A stretch of DNA of 62,984 bases, filler included, from Hausera hauseri (Eukaryota): NCBI GenBank assembly GCA_046269625.1. It is 12 parts of 12 records of this genome, joined end to end, with 100 filler letters (N's around TTAATTAATTAA, not from the genome) between each part and the next. Parts side by side here need not be neighbours in the genome. Positions count along the whole stretch, not along the records: positions 48,442 to 53,544 come from JBJURY010334826.1; positions 53,645 to 57,949 come from JBJURY010646108.1; positions 58,050 to 62,984 come from JBJURY010387035.1; 9 more parts are not named here. One strand, 5' to 3'. Below the pieces are notes generated by a model. It was not told the DNA's origin. It was given only the letters and a program-made list of their open reading frames with translations, and searched no databases. Numbering within the stretch: position 1 is the stretch's first letter; every line of letters begins with the position of its first letter. The position numbers and the translations under genes were made by a program. Positions 51,401-62,984 of the stretch are shown here, in pieces.

Positions 51401-53544
51401 AGAACGAGTTGGATTATGCATAGAAGGTATCCCCGAATTCCTCATTTGATTAGTCGTCATCTGAGGAACAATATTATAAACGAATGCAATCTAACAATAA
51501 TTATACCAATTTAATACATATAGTGAAAGAATACCAAAAAGAAAATATAACTCACAACTGTTCCTCCCACATATATAAAAGAGTGCAATATCCAAACCAG
51601 TTAAGAGGTTGGAAAACTATCAGCTCTAAATGTCATCTTCCGCCGAAGAAGCGAAAATATTATTTTCCCAAAGAAATATTTCAGAGAAACTATTCCGATA
51701 TCGAGGAATGGAAACAATTACCTACACCGATACAAGAAGTTATGGAAGTACTAAATAATGAAAATGAAGGGAAGCAGCTTAAAATCAGATGGGTAGCGAC
51801 GTTAAACCTAATAGAAGGAGTACAAAAAGATGTTAATCTGACACCAATGACAATAACGCCCGAAACTAGTAAAATTTTGGCCACTAAAACAAGTGTAATA
51901 AAACCAGAAGGGAAATACAACTATACAATGACTAATCAGATAATTTCACACTTCAGGTTAATAAATGCTCTAAGAATAAACCCAACTAACCTCCCGTTTA
52001 TTAGATAGGAAATGGATCGAGTATTACATAAATTGGTATATCAACCATTACACCATCCTATTGTTAATTCAATGGAAATATGCCCGCAAGATCAAGATAC
52101 CACAGATACCATAAAGAAACTACGCATTATAGCAAATAGAACCGAACAATGGTTAAATGATATTAATTTGGGCAATGATCACCCTAGCATCACGCTCCGT
52201 TTATTTAGAGAAAGTCCCCGTGTATGGCTCCAAGATAGTCTCGATTGTTTATTGTTAAGAGGTAGTGTAGATCAATTACCAAACGAGGAACGAAAAGACT
52301 TCATGAAATTATATACAAACCTATACAGTCCATACTTTGATCGACTGAAACAGGAAACTGAAATAAACTTTAAGGAATCGGAATATAAGTACCAAGTACT
52401 CCCAATGGCCAGTATCTTATATACCTCTTATAAAATTCTAGATAACAATTTATTATCCTGCCCAGTAAATGATTTTCAAACTATAGTATATTATGATGGT
52501 ATTTATCTATTTAAGGGGGTACTAATATACATATCTACACAGCCTATATGGTTTCGACCTACCAATATTATGTTAGGAATCTGGAACGACATGATGGGAA
52601 TACCAAGTAATGAACAAATGTGTCTTAAACATGAGCTAATATTAGAAATTCGATTAGAAACCCATTCTACGTTACAGACAATACGCTGCATCCGATCACT
52701 CGAACCACTGATAAGAAAATACCGGCTATCTTACGAAGAGACTATAGTATATGGAGATAAAGTTAAATATCGACCTCTATTCATCGGGAGTCGCAGAAAA
52801 CGAGTGTTAGTCACTTATTTCCTACGAGGACCACCATTATCATTCCAAACAGTAGATGTAATCAACCCCTTACGAAGAATCTCCCCAGAATTAATAGCAA
52901 GTAAGCCTTCAAGAAAAGTTTTTAAATTAGCCAATAAATGTCTAGGATTACTCAAGTGTTATGGTGAAGAAATAACAAACAAAACCTAGGCAGATTTTTT
53001 CATAATCAATTGCTGGATAATATATACATTAATGACAATAAAAGACGATCTCTTTCAGGAAGACACAGACGCTTACGAAGAATAAAAACGAATAGTATGG
53101 AATAATTATTTGAAACGAGATATAAATACACCGTTTATCCCATCGGATTACGAAGATATAAATAAATTCGATATGGTAAATGAAATTGTATTTTCAGGTA
53201 AACTAAATGCTTTGCTCTATCATCTAATATTTTGTGAGTTAGACGATAATCAAGAGATTGCTAAACCGTTCAAAGAAGAACGGTAAAGATTGATAAATAC
53301 ATGCTTCCTAAGTACTAATAATGAAGAAAAAGTAACAACAGATGTGACAAAATTATACTGCGATTAAATGCCTTTGAAAGACATGCCTTGCGTATTTGAT
53401 ATAATAGAGAGTTATCCAAAATGGAAGAGCGTAAAGATATACAACTTAACAACGATGACCTTAATGAAATGAAGAATTATAATAATGATGATAATGTCAA
53501 TTCAGATGAATCTGTATCCATTAAGGTAATTAAGCAATTAACAC
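48442..53544 (+). other. Unclassified decayed polyprotein-like region: retropepsin-like domain(s), hydrophobic helices and a duplicated unknown domain
   Basis: VKVYGKYVNAELDTTTPLTRI...DFIICLDVL (48617-48890). Strongly A-rich + strand with collinear ORF remnants. Internal protein-level duplication, 50845-51270 versus 52745-53285. Confidence 0.5.
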
Positions 53545-53820
53545 NNNNNNNNNNNNNNNNNNNNNNNNNNNNNNNNNNNNNNNNNNNNTTAATTAATTAA
53601 NNNNNNNNNNNNNNNNNNNNNNNNNNNNNNNNNNNNNNNNNNNNTCAACCTACCAAGCGGGTGTCCGGCGGTGTCAAGAAATGTGTATCAAAACGAACCA
53701 ACGCTACAGTCAAGAGATTAATTAATTTTTCGAACAACAACATCAACACCTAGACGCAAATTACTGCCACAATGCAACGGTTATGAACCATTACGTCTTA
53801 TCAACATCAATACGTCAAAA

Positions 53821-54144
53821 ATGCGACTCAAACGTAGTCAACCGTACTTTGTTGTTTTGCTGGTGGCACCTACGAGACATAAGCGAAACATGCTGCGATC
53901 ATTCGCACAGTTTGTACTATACGATTTGATTGAAATTTTATACAATATCGCTGTGGGTCACGTTGACATTGGTAGTGAAAAGCGGAATTTACTAAAGTAT
54001 CGAAAATGACTCATTGGCCTTGCCAACGCCCGTAGTAAACCACTGAAACGAGAGGTTGTGTACCAGCAAGACGGCGGATTCCTTGGTGCAATTCTACCGA
54101 TTGTCACGTCATTACTGGGTAGACTCATTGATTCTGCAACATAA
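53821..54144 (+). pseudogene. Polinton/adintovirus protein with C-terminal amphipathic (membrane-lytic-like) peptide
   Basis: LIEILYNI..G ... QQDGGFLGAILPIVTSLLGRL. One premature TGA at 54007. Confidence 0.75.
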
Positions 54145-54258
54145 TATTATAAACAATGTCGGTAAGTATGTAATGATTCGGCAATATGGGTGCATTGTTT
54201 TCATTTTTCTTTCCAAATTTACCGATTCTTTCACTTGCGTTTTGTTCTAATTGTTGTA

Positions 54259-55313
54259 ATGCAAGCAAAACCGACACCATCGACGGCAATGACGGGCGAT
54301 GTGTGGTTTAACCCGCGTCATCCCGTCGGCGATACTGGAGTCGACAAACTGGCAAAGACTGTCAAACACACTCGGCAAGAGACCCAACGTTAGCTCGGGA
54401 AACAGTTAGCATACAGCCTAAATAAACCGATAAGAAGGAGGTTTTCAACTCGTGCATACCATGCTGCCGGTGTAAATAATGTATGGCAAATGGATCTGAC
54501 GGAAATGATTCGGTACGCCAGCATCAATAATGGGTATCGGTAAGTGCTCACATGTGTTGATGTGTTTAGTGCAATTGCTGTGAAATCTTAATCCTGTAAA
54601 GTGATTGCCGACAATGTTCAGACACTGATACTACAACAACAACCGAAGTATTTACAAGCGGATTTAGGTAAGGAATTCTACAACACTTACGTTGCAGCGG
54701 TCTCGAAACGGTTCGGCGTAAACCACTACTCGGTTTTATCCCAATACAAGGCTGCACTCGTTGAACGATTTAGTCGAACATTGCGCTGTCGCCTAAACCA
54801 ATTCTTTACGAAGCAAGGCAACAAACGCTGCATAGATGTACTGCGGGATATTATTCCTGCATACAGTCATTCGACACATCGTGGTATCAATGGATTACGG
54901 CCGGTTGATGCAGTCGATGATTTGCACATGCAGCTTTATCAAAACAACCGACGAGGTCGACAAGCAATTAAACATCGCCCAAAATATAAAATCGGTGCTT
55001 ATGTACGTATTTCTAAAATAAGTACAATGCCATTCATTAAGAATTTCAATCAGAACTGTAGCGACGAGTTTTTCTGCATTTCGGCAATCAACACAAAACA
55101 AACACCTGCCATGTACGTTTTAGAGGTGAAAATGGTGAGGAAATACGCGGTAAATTCTACGAACAGGAACTTTAGGTACTACTCGAGAAACCCGATGTGC
55201 ATCGTATTCAGGAAATTCTACGTTCAAGTAGGAAAGGTTCGAATAAACAATATCTCGTCAAGTGGCACGAATACACTACACCGAGTTGGATATTTGCATC
55301 GCAGATTGAGTGA
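54259..55313 (+). pseudogene. Polinton rve integrase with chromodomain (second copy)
   Basis: VWQMDL, VDVFS, LQADLGKEFYN, LVERFSRTL, YLVKW...SWI. Closely similar at the DNA level to 20134-21167. Confidence 0.92.
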
Positions 55314-56300
55314 TGAGTATTTTTGGTACTCCATAGTAACAGATTATTATCAGAACATAACGGTGATGACAATAACGATAATATCGCTAAACAATTTACC
55401 GTGCACTTGAACCAAACGGTTGATTTAGGCCACGGAGCCTGAAAAGTGGCTTTGATGGAATTCATGTTTACATTTTCAATAATGACAATACGTCAGAACA
55501 GTGGTATTTACTTTATCCGACAAAAAACGTACCCGATTTCAAGTCGTTTGCGGACAATCCGACAGAATAACCGATATGTTCTTTGCAATTATTGGGGAGA
55601 AAATTTTTCGGTTTATGCTTATTTTTCAAACTACCGTATGAAACTAATGCATTGAAATCCCATGGAAATTCAATTTAAATATATAGCTGATGCTCAGGCA
55701 TAAAGTTTTCAATCAGTCAATGTACACGCAAAACGTCTACGGCTTGGTGGATATGTTATAATTGGTGAAAAATTGGACCTTTTATACAATGTGGAATCTG
55801 ATAATATAGTAAAGTGGAATAAGTCAGAAGCAGTCTCCCGCTATTATATTATACAACATGATTTACTAATGGAAACGGAACTGGAATTGTGTGCATACAT
55901 AAAGAAATTGGCCTCATTAGCCGTAAAGACATGTGAAATAAACGCAGATGATCGTATTTCGATTACACTACATGATAATGTTACATATTTTGCTGTTGAT
56001 GAATTATTGGCTCGGAATCTGGATTTTTCAAAAATCTAATTCTATCAAACCATTGTTGGACGATCTATTGTTGCCAAATACAAACCGCAATTCTATGGAG
56101 AATTTTATAGAATCAACTTTTTAACGGACTTAACCAAATTCGTACTCGTTGGTGGAGAACGTAAACAACTGCCGGCTTCTATAGAACTGGATTCTGACAC
56201 ATACAAAACATCATCATCGGGTGAAACTGTTTGCGCTATTATGTTCAGATCTGTGTATTTATCATTGTCTCACAATATTGTGCACAGTATTTCCGTGTAT
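55313..56300 (+). pseudogene. Penton paralogue A
   Basis: NIAKQFTVHLNQTVDL...*KVALMEF ... LTDLTKFVLVGGERKQL. Confidence 0.8.
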
Positions 56301-56364
56301 ATGTTTCATAATAAACAAACTGCGTCATCACCATCATTATCATCATCATAATCATAAGCATCGA

Positions 56365-57402
56365 GATCATGAGTATTTCATGGTGTTGCCGAGCAACAGT
56401 TGTTCGACGACTCATTCAAACAATTCCGTTAAGAAATACGTTGTATACTGGAACAATCCTTTGGATATATCTGCTGGACAATGGGAGGTTGCTCTGACGA
56501 AATTTAACTTTCCCTACGCATCTGTGACATTAAAAGGTAGTATGAAAATAACGTACAACAAGACTGTTTTTGAAACCAAAACACATTCTTGTCCTCTGAC
56601 ACTTACAAACAATAAAATAACGGTTCGAGAATCGGCCATTTTCACGACCAAATCAGGTTCCGATTCACATGGCAAAATCGGTGTTTATATTTTAGAGCAA
56701 AACTTAGTTTTTATGGCACAGAAATTTGAAATCAAAAATATAGAGTACAAAGGTAAAGATATTAAAACTGTATATGCTGTTGCTCCAAGATTAAGTCCCG
56801 CAAATTACCAAAGAACAGGAAAATTTACCTATATAGTACAAAGGGTGACAAAATCATACGTATCGATTATAGAAAATGTCTATTGGGAATCTGCAGCACA
56901 GCTTTGTCAACACTTTTTTTCTAGTCAAAAGTACAAGGCGATATTTAAAGTTTTCGAGTCAGATGCAAATGGTTACATTAAATTTGAATTGGCCAAGGAT
57001 ATTGTCAACATTTCATTGAACAAAGCTTTGGCCATGGTATTAGGTTTTGAAAAACATCGGTTTGAGGCGTCGGATACGAACATGGCACATGTCGCAACAC
57101 TAAAGCCCAAACTGTAAACTGGACTAAGTCAAATGTACATTTACGTAAACGTCACCGAACCGATTTTAGTTGGTGGAGTACGGTTACCGCTACTCCGTTT
57201 AATTTATCCGGAAAGCAGCAAGTATACTACTGGCGACAATGTAAATGGCAAGGTCGATAATCCAATGTATCTACCCGTGGCATCTATATCTATAAACAGT
57301 GTTAAAGTGAATATTCAATATGACGCGGGCTACCTTATTAAATGTCCGTACGGTACAACAATTAGTCTAACGCTTCATTTCCGTCGAATCCAATATGATT
57401 GA
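56365..57402 (+). pseudogene. Penton paralogue B
   Basis: YFMVLPSNS...NNS...WEVALTKF ... MYIYVNVTEPILVGGVRLPLLR...NPMYLPV...LTLHFRR. One premature TAA at 57115. Confidence 0.88.
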
Positions 57403-57759
57403 TTCTGAAATCGTTTCCATTTACAGTAAACCCCAGCACAGCGGCGAACTACCGTACTTCGTTGGTGAACAGCATAGTTTTGGATTGCTGCGTACATTGG
57501 CATGCCTAGAATTTCCAGCGTTGAAGTGTTTCGGTGCCCTGTCAGCAAAAACAGCACAAGACGCACTATATGGAAACAAATCGATTTTATCATAACTGAA
57601 GGAACACGCCTTGTCTAAAGTAAAAAGCGCTGAACCGAGAGTCGTTCAATGAGTCAAAAAACAATTTGCTGGCAGTGACTTCATGACGAGAAAACGGCTT
57701 AGAGCATCATCGAGTTCATCAGCTATAAACAAACGTCGTCGTCATACGATTTTCGATTG
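57395..57759 (+). pseudogene. Polinton small core/cement-like protein (second copy)
   Basis: Homologous to 46247-46606, with internal stops. Confidence 0.75.
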
Positions 57760-57763
57760 ACTG

Positions 57764-57949
57764 ATGGAATCTGCAAAATCTAAATTGTGTATATTTGACA
57801 AAGCGACACAACAAGTTGTTATTGACAATGCGGCATTTAAAGACATCTACCCCGTTAATTCGGTTTCAACAAACGATAACATTAATATTCAATTCAGCAT
57901 TATGCCATCGGACAATAAATACCTGGATTTGAACGATACGCTACTCTAT
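57764..57949 (+). CDS. Major capsid protein N-terminus, truncated by the contig end
   Basis: MESAKSKLCIFD...IYPV...YLDLNDTLLY. Confidence 0.85.
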
Positions 57950-58148
57950 NNNNNNNNNNNNNNNNNNNNNNNNNNNNNNNNNNNNNNNNNNNNTTAATTA
58001 ATTAANNNNNNNNNNNNNNNNNNNNNNNNNNNNNNNNNNNNNNNNNNNNCGCCTTATCCTATATCCCAAAATTCTTAATCAAGAAGGCCATGAGATATTT
58101 TAAAACACGATTTATTAACACAACAATACAAAAATATAACAAAGATAT

Positions 58149-60860
58149 TTACAACATATTCACAACTGATACGTGTCCATGAGGTAGTGTGAATATCCCA
58201 TTGTTTAGGGTGCGTTTCCACTCATCCATCCAATTTAGGCTGTTTTCTGCAGCCTTACTGTTTCGATGTTATAAGGTGTAGATTGGATCCTTCTTATTTT
58301 GAAAATTATATGGGTCTGCTCCTGTAGAACTCTTATATAATCATTAAATACGTTTTTCTTTTCCAAGGTGGTTCTTTGCACACCTTTAGCTCTATTCTTT
58401 ATTTGGTCACATACATTGATTGCGTAAATTTTTGATCTTAGATCCACGAATCTTGAGATAATTGCCTCATTCACCTTATCTTTGAATTTCCCAAGGACCT
58501 TTTCGTTCTTCATAGAAAAATTCTTGTGATCTTTTGGATAGTCAGATGCATCCATATGCTCTGCCAATTAAGCAAATATCCTCTGTATGGACTTGATATA
58601 CAAAGCTATCAGTATACATGTGCATGAGCTGCAGAGTCTTGAATGTTGGGATCATGATGTCATAGTGGAAATGATATGTCAAGGTCTTTCACAGGTCTAG
58701 TATTGATATACCCACATGTATTGGATTGAAGAATTCTATAGATATCTTGAGCATATGGATGCTGACCAAGGTCTCTGTGTATATGATGCAGCTGTAAAAG
58801 TTCGACTTAGAAATCAGCTTCTTGGCTGGTTTCCACCCACATACTCACTCGACGTTGATCCTATTTCGGATGTTCTCCATCGTCTTGCCAAAAGCACTAT
58901 TGTTATACCGTTTAAACTGGTCCTTCTCAATATCGTTTTTGACATTGGTCCGCAGCATCGTATTGAGATTATATATAAGGTTTCAGCCACATGGACTGGC
59001 TGAACTGCAAAGTTTGATGGATCTTCGTAATGCGGAGTCTATATTTGATAGCCTTCTGGAGATTGATATAGTGGGCTGCATAACTCTACCTGTTCTCCAG
59101 ATGGCAGAGCAGCTTTCGATGTTTACATTAAGTGGTTCCTTACCCTCAGGGAGGAATAGCACATATTTATGCCTTGTGTGGATGGAGCGCAGATATTCAA
59201 CATATACTTTCAGTATGCATCCCGTATACCCATTGGGATCTGCATCTTGTATTGCCATATGTCCCGGATGATCAACCCATTTAAAGCCGTCATAAAGCAG
59301 TAGGGCGCTCATTGCCCATCCATATACGTTGTTTGCATCCAGGTAATCAATATGAGGTAGGTAATACCAAGTAGGTAATATCAGTATGCCTTGAATGGAT
59401 CATATTCGGCCATATAGTTGTTATTGGCCTTGCTCTACCAGTGAATTGCCTGAAATATTCCACCTCTAATACCTCGCTTGATCATGAAGATCATATAAAA
59501 ATCCTTCAAGATATGCAGTCTAATACCGATATATCTCAGCATTACTGCTCAACTCATTCCTGAAGCTGTAAAGAAATGAGCTGGGTCCAACTTGCGACTT
59601 GCTAATGTTTCATCCCGGAAGCTTTTAAATATATCGGTTAGCAGTAGCACATCTGTCTTGTTGTATGCATCACTATATTCACCTACTATTTGAAATCTGA
59701 ATGCTTCCCAGACCTTTTTGGCACGCTGATATTCTGCGTTACTGATATCGCTGTCTGACAGCACACTGTAAAATTTTTTTTGGCCGGCAAAGCTGTGTCA
59801 TCAAATGCTTCGATGATGTGATATAATCATAGTGAAACAATCCTTTCCTTTGGACCAAGTCAAATTTAGTAAGAAACAAACGCTTTGTCTCCTTAAGATC
59901 TTCTGCCGGAAGATTCTTCACTAAGCTGTCAAGTGAAGAAGACATGAATCGAAAACTATCTCCGCAGCGGAGCCGGATTTTTCCAACATTATTTGTAAAC
60001 GTTATATATTTTTCTTCACTTTTGGGGATCATGTCAATATTTCCTTCAATGTTACTCAGTTCCCGAAAAATAAAGTAAAAATCATATCTACTTAGGTTGT
60101 GGAATATTACAAGAACAAAAGTTACTGTTCTGCAACATATATTGCAATTTTTGAGTCTCTGAAGCTCATCCCTTATTACACCTTTGACTTTTGATTTGCT
60201 GTTCCTTAAGAAATCCGTGATGCTTCGGTCATTCTCATTGGCAGATATATAAAAAATGTTGACTTTTCGGCTCATAGCATGATCATTAGCCATTCTTAAG
60301 AGCGAATTTTGTGGGTAGTAGATGGCACCGCCTGGGTGTTTTGTCTTTTGTCAGGAGATTTTTGAGGAAATGGAATTTGTTGCGTCCATAGTACTTCTGT
60401 CAGAATTTCTCACTTCTTCATTATTTCAAATGGTGTCAGATGATCTTTGCGGGGATTATAAATGTCAGGGAATTGAGATTTTTCTGCAGTTTTACAATTA
60501 GGGAAGAAAAAATAAATTGTACCATTTGAATCTGGTTAAATAATATTTCCCATTTCTTCGGGGGGGGGGGGGAGTTGAAACAAATTATGATTTCCAGATT
60601 TGGTTTGTTTCTTGAGGTTGGAATGATTGAGACATTTCTTTCCTTGAGCATGATGCATTAAAGTGACTTAAATGTTGCTTATGCTGTTTGTAAAATTCCA
60701 AATACGAAACAGCACCGGCAGATTAGCAGTCCGGGCATAAGTAATAAATAAGACCATTCTTTCACGTTTTACAGTTCCTTTCAATGATCTGGTTACATAT
60801 ATCTGAACGATACCATTTAGAAATGTAATAATTGACATAATTTGCACTATGAACAATTTA
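58149..60860 (-). pseudogene. Polinton protein-primed PolB (copy 3, divergent subfamily, internally deleted)
   Basis: IFHNLSRYD, DSFRFMSSSLDSLV, RKGLF.YDY, YNKTDVLLL.DIF..FR, LDPAHF, YLDANN.YGWAMS, TDSFVY, DASDYP, KVLGKFKD, AKGV. Confidence 0.92.
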
Positions 60861-62984
60861 AATATAGTTAAATAAAAAAATAATACTCTTAGTTTATTTA
60901 TGTTTAAAGAGAAAAAGTGATTGTGTCAGATGGTAAACGAGAATAAATAAGTTGTATGCGCCTAATTTCAGGTTGCCATTGTGCGTGCGTGTGTGGTTTT
61001 AACCATTAGGTTACGTCTGCGTGCAGACTTTTCTATCGTACGTAAATTAACTAAAGTCCAAATAATGAACGAATATCTACTCACGCTTTTATATACATGC
61101 GCCAAGCACAATGCATTACGTACCAAGCTTAGTATTCTGAAAAAAACCTTACTTGCTTCATTTTCTATTCATAATCCCTGTTCGTACGGTCCACTGCCGT
61201 CAATATCTGATTTATCTGACTCGTTTCATTGAGTCGCATCAAACGATATCTCAATCAACTCCGTCAGACTTTTGCTTAAGATACTGCATATGGAAATTTT
61301 TACTGAAAAACCGAAACCATGACAGATTCCGCACACCCTTTTGTCGTCCCGTTTGTATTGTTATCCATATATGCCATATACCGGTAGAACCGCGCCTAGA
61401 CCAATTTTGAATAGAACAATACAATAATTTTTGGTTTTGATGCAATTCCTCAAAACATGAAAAAGTATTCAATTGTCCAATGCTCAACTTAGATGAGTTA
61501 ATAGACCACTCACTTTAAACCATTTTATATGCTTCCTCATTACCTCTCCAATCACATGCTAATCAACTCATTATCCACTATGCTTACTGAGTTATTAGAT
61601 ATTTTCTGATTATCAATTTTTTTAAATCGCTCTAACACAAAATTAAATTGTGGTCAAATTACTCATCGGACCAACTTGGATCAGATACCAGTCGATACAG
61701 CCTACTGAATATTTGGATTTTGTTCAGTATTCAAAGCCAAAATTACTTTTTTGATCCGTTTTCTATTCATAACTCCATCATGTATGCTCCAATGTCGTCC
61801 ATGTTGGATTCATTCGACTAGTCTCATTGACCTGCATCGAACAACACCTCAACCAATTCCATTGGACTCTTGGGAACTGAGGTATCGCACATCCGGCAAA
61901 TTTCAGTGAAAACCCGGAACTGTGCCAGAACCGGAATATCCTTTTGTCAGCCCGTCTGTAGAGTTATCCAAATAGGTTATATACCATTAGAACCGCGTCG
62001 ACATGCCTAGAGCGACTGTGAAGAGAAAAATGAAATATGTTTCTTGGTTCCGACGCAATTCCCAAAAGATCATTTTCCTTTAAGATCAATTTCTTAGTCC
62101 CCTGAGCAGATTTTCAATATTTTTAAAATGGTCACGTGAGCACATGATGGACTGCACAATTTTTGCCACCAAAATGGCGTGAAGTCACGTGTCTTGTGCT
62201 CAGAATTTCGAAAAATATACCGAAAGTACTGAAAATTCGACCAAAAGTTACAAAAATGTAATCGAAAGTTTTGCAATTTGACCGGGAATGACGCATTCTA
62301 TCACATAACTGAAAGTTGGATGAGGTGGTCCAGAACCGGTATTTTTATACTGCTGATGACTCTTGGCTTTAAAATAAGTTATAAATTATTCGAACTACAT
62401 TTGGTTTTTGTCGGTCCTGGCATCGATTTCCATATTATTATTATTTGAATACATTTTATTGCGCAAAACTTTTAATCCACCATAACTCATTACATGCTAC
62501 ATTACCCAACGAAAACCCTATAAGCAAAAACTGTGATCGACATTAAATGATGACTCACGCAGCTACAAACGTAGACACCAATATGTCCTCAAGCTGGTGT
62601 TGGTCATAGCTCATTTAACTTATAAATAAAACCTTATTTAATTACCAAAGTACCTTTACTATTAGCCTTGTTGCTGTTTGATATGTTGCTATTTTTAGCA
62701 TACCTCCTAATTTTTTCTTTGCACTTTCTAGCAAATAGACGTTTAGTGTCATGTGATGCAGTTGATCCCTAGTTGGATGAAGGGTGTTTTTATTCGATGT
62801 ATCAAGTTTGACCAAACGGGGTTGTTGTTGTTGTTTCCTGATGCCTTAAGTGCAAATCATGGCGTGACCGAAATTCTAAAAATAATTTTCCTTCTAGAAA
62901 TTCGTATGGCTAATGCAGGGAGAGAATACATTTTGTTTTAATTTGTACATACAGATATATATACTGATGAAAATCTGTTTCGTT

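Noticed and set aside
54156-54265. Possible intron at the integrase 5' end (ATG-TCG-GTAAGT...CTAAT), conserved in both copies
   Set aside because: No AG acceptor restores the integrase frame in either copy. Unresolved without transcripts.
56221-56365. Hydrophobic and poly-His leader on the 298-aa ORF
   Set aside because: It is read-through of the penton A end and a (CAT)n intergenic tract. The sister copy starts penton B at MNEY (47673).
61250-62400. Non-coding region with short recurring motifs (CCAGAACCGG, TAGAACCGCG)
   Set aside because: Probably a non-autonomous transposon remnant, but no termini or target duplication could be defined.

Overview
This window is not one locus. It is 12 separate contigs or scaffolds joined by an artificial 100-nt linker (N44-TTAATTAATTAA-N44). 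The segments are 1-4103, 4204-8296, 8397-13180, 13281-19776, 19877-24999, 25100-32958, 33059-37345, 37446-42551, 42652-48341, 48442-53544, 53645-57949 and 58050-62984. The content is eukaryotic (metazoan-like), repeat-rich DNA, and almost all of it is decayed by stops and frameshifts. Six segments carry genes of a multicopy Polinton/Maverick (adintovirus-like) endogenous virus group: three protein-primed PolB genes, two integrases, a packaging ATPase, adenain, the major capsid protein, two tandem penton paralogues and small core/lytic proteins. AGTAG-starting termini occur in two segments. The accessory genes beside these core genes are unusual: a two-repeat TATA-binding-protein homologue, dUTPase, a DnaQ-like nuclease, a TRAF-type MATH domain and a RING finger. 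All three PolB loci also share an upstream CPxC-x14/15-HxxHL zinc finger. The rest comprises Ty3/Gypsy remnants, piggyBac, Tigger/pogo, RTE and RNase-H-bearing LINE fragments, a tRNA-derived SINE, minisatellites, a MEKK-like kinase gene with 37-46 nt introns and a UBAP2/lingerer-like fragment. One unclassifiable A-rich region has tandem retropepsin-like domains and a duplicated unknown domain. All calls come from motif reading by eye; no database search was run.
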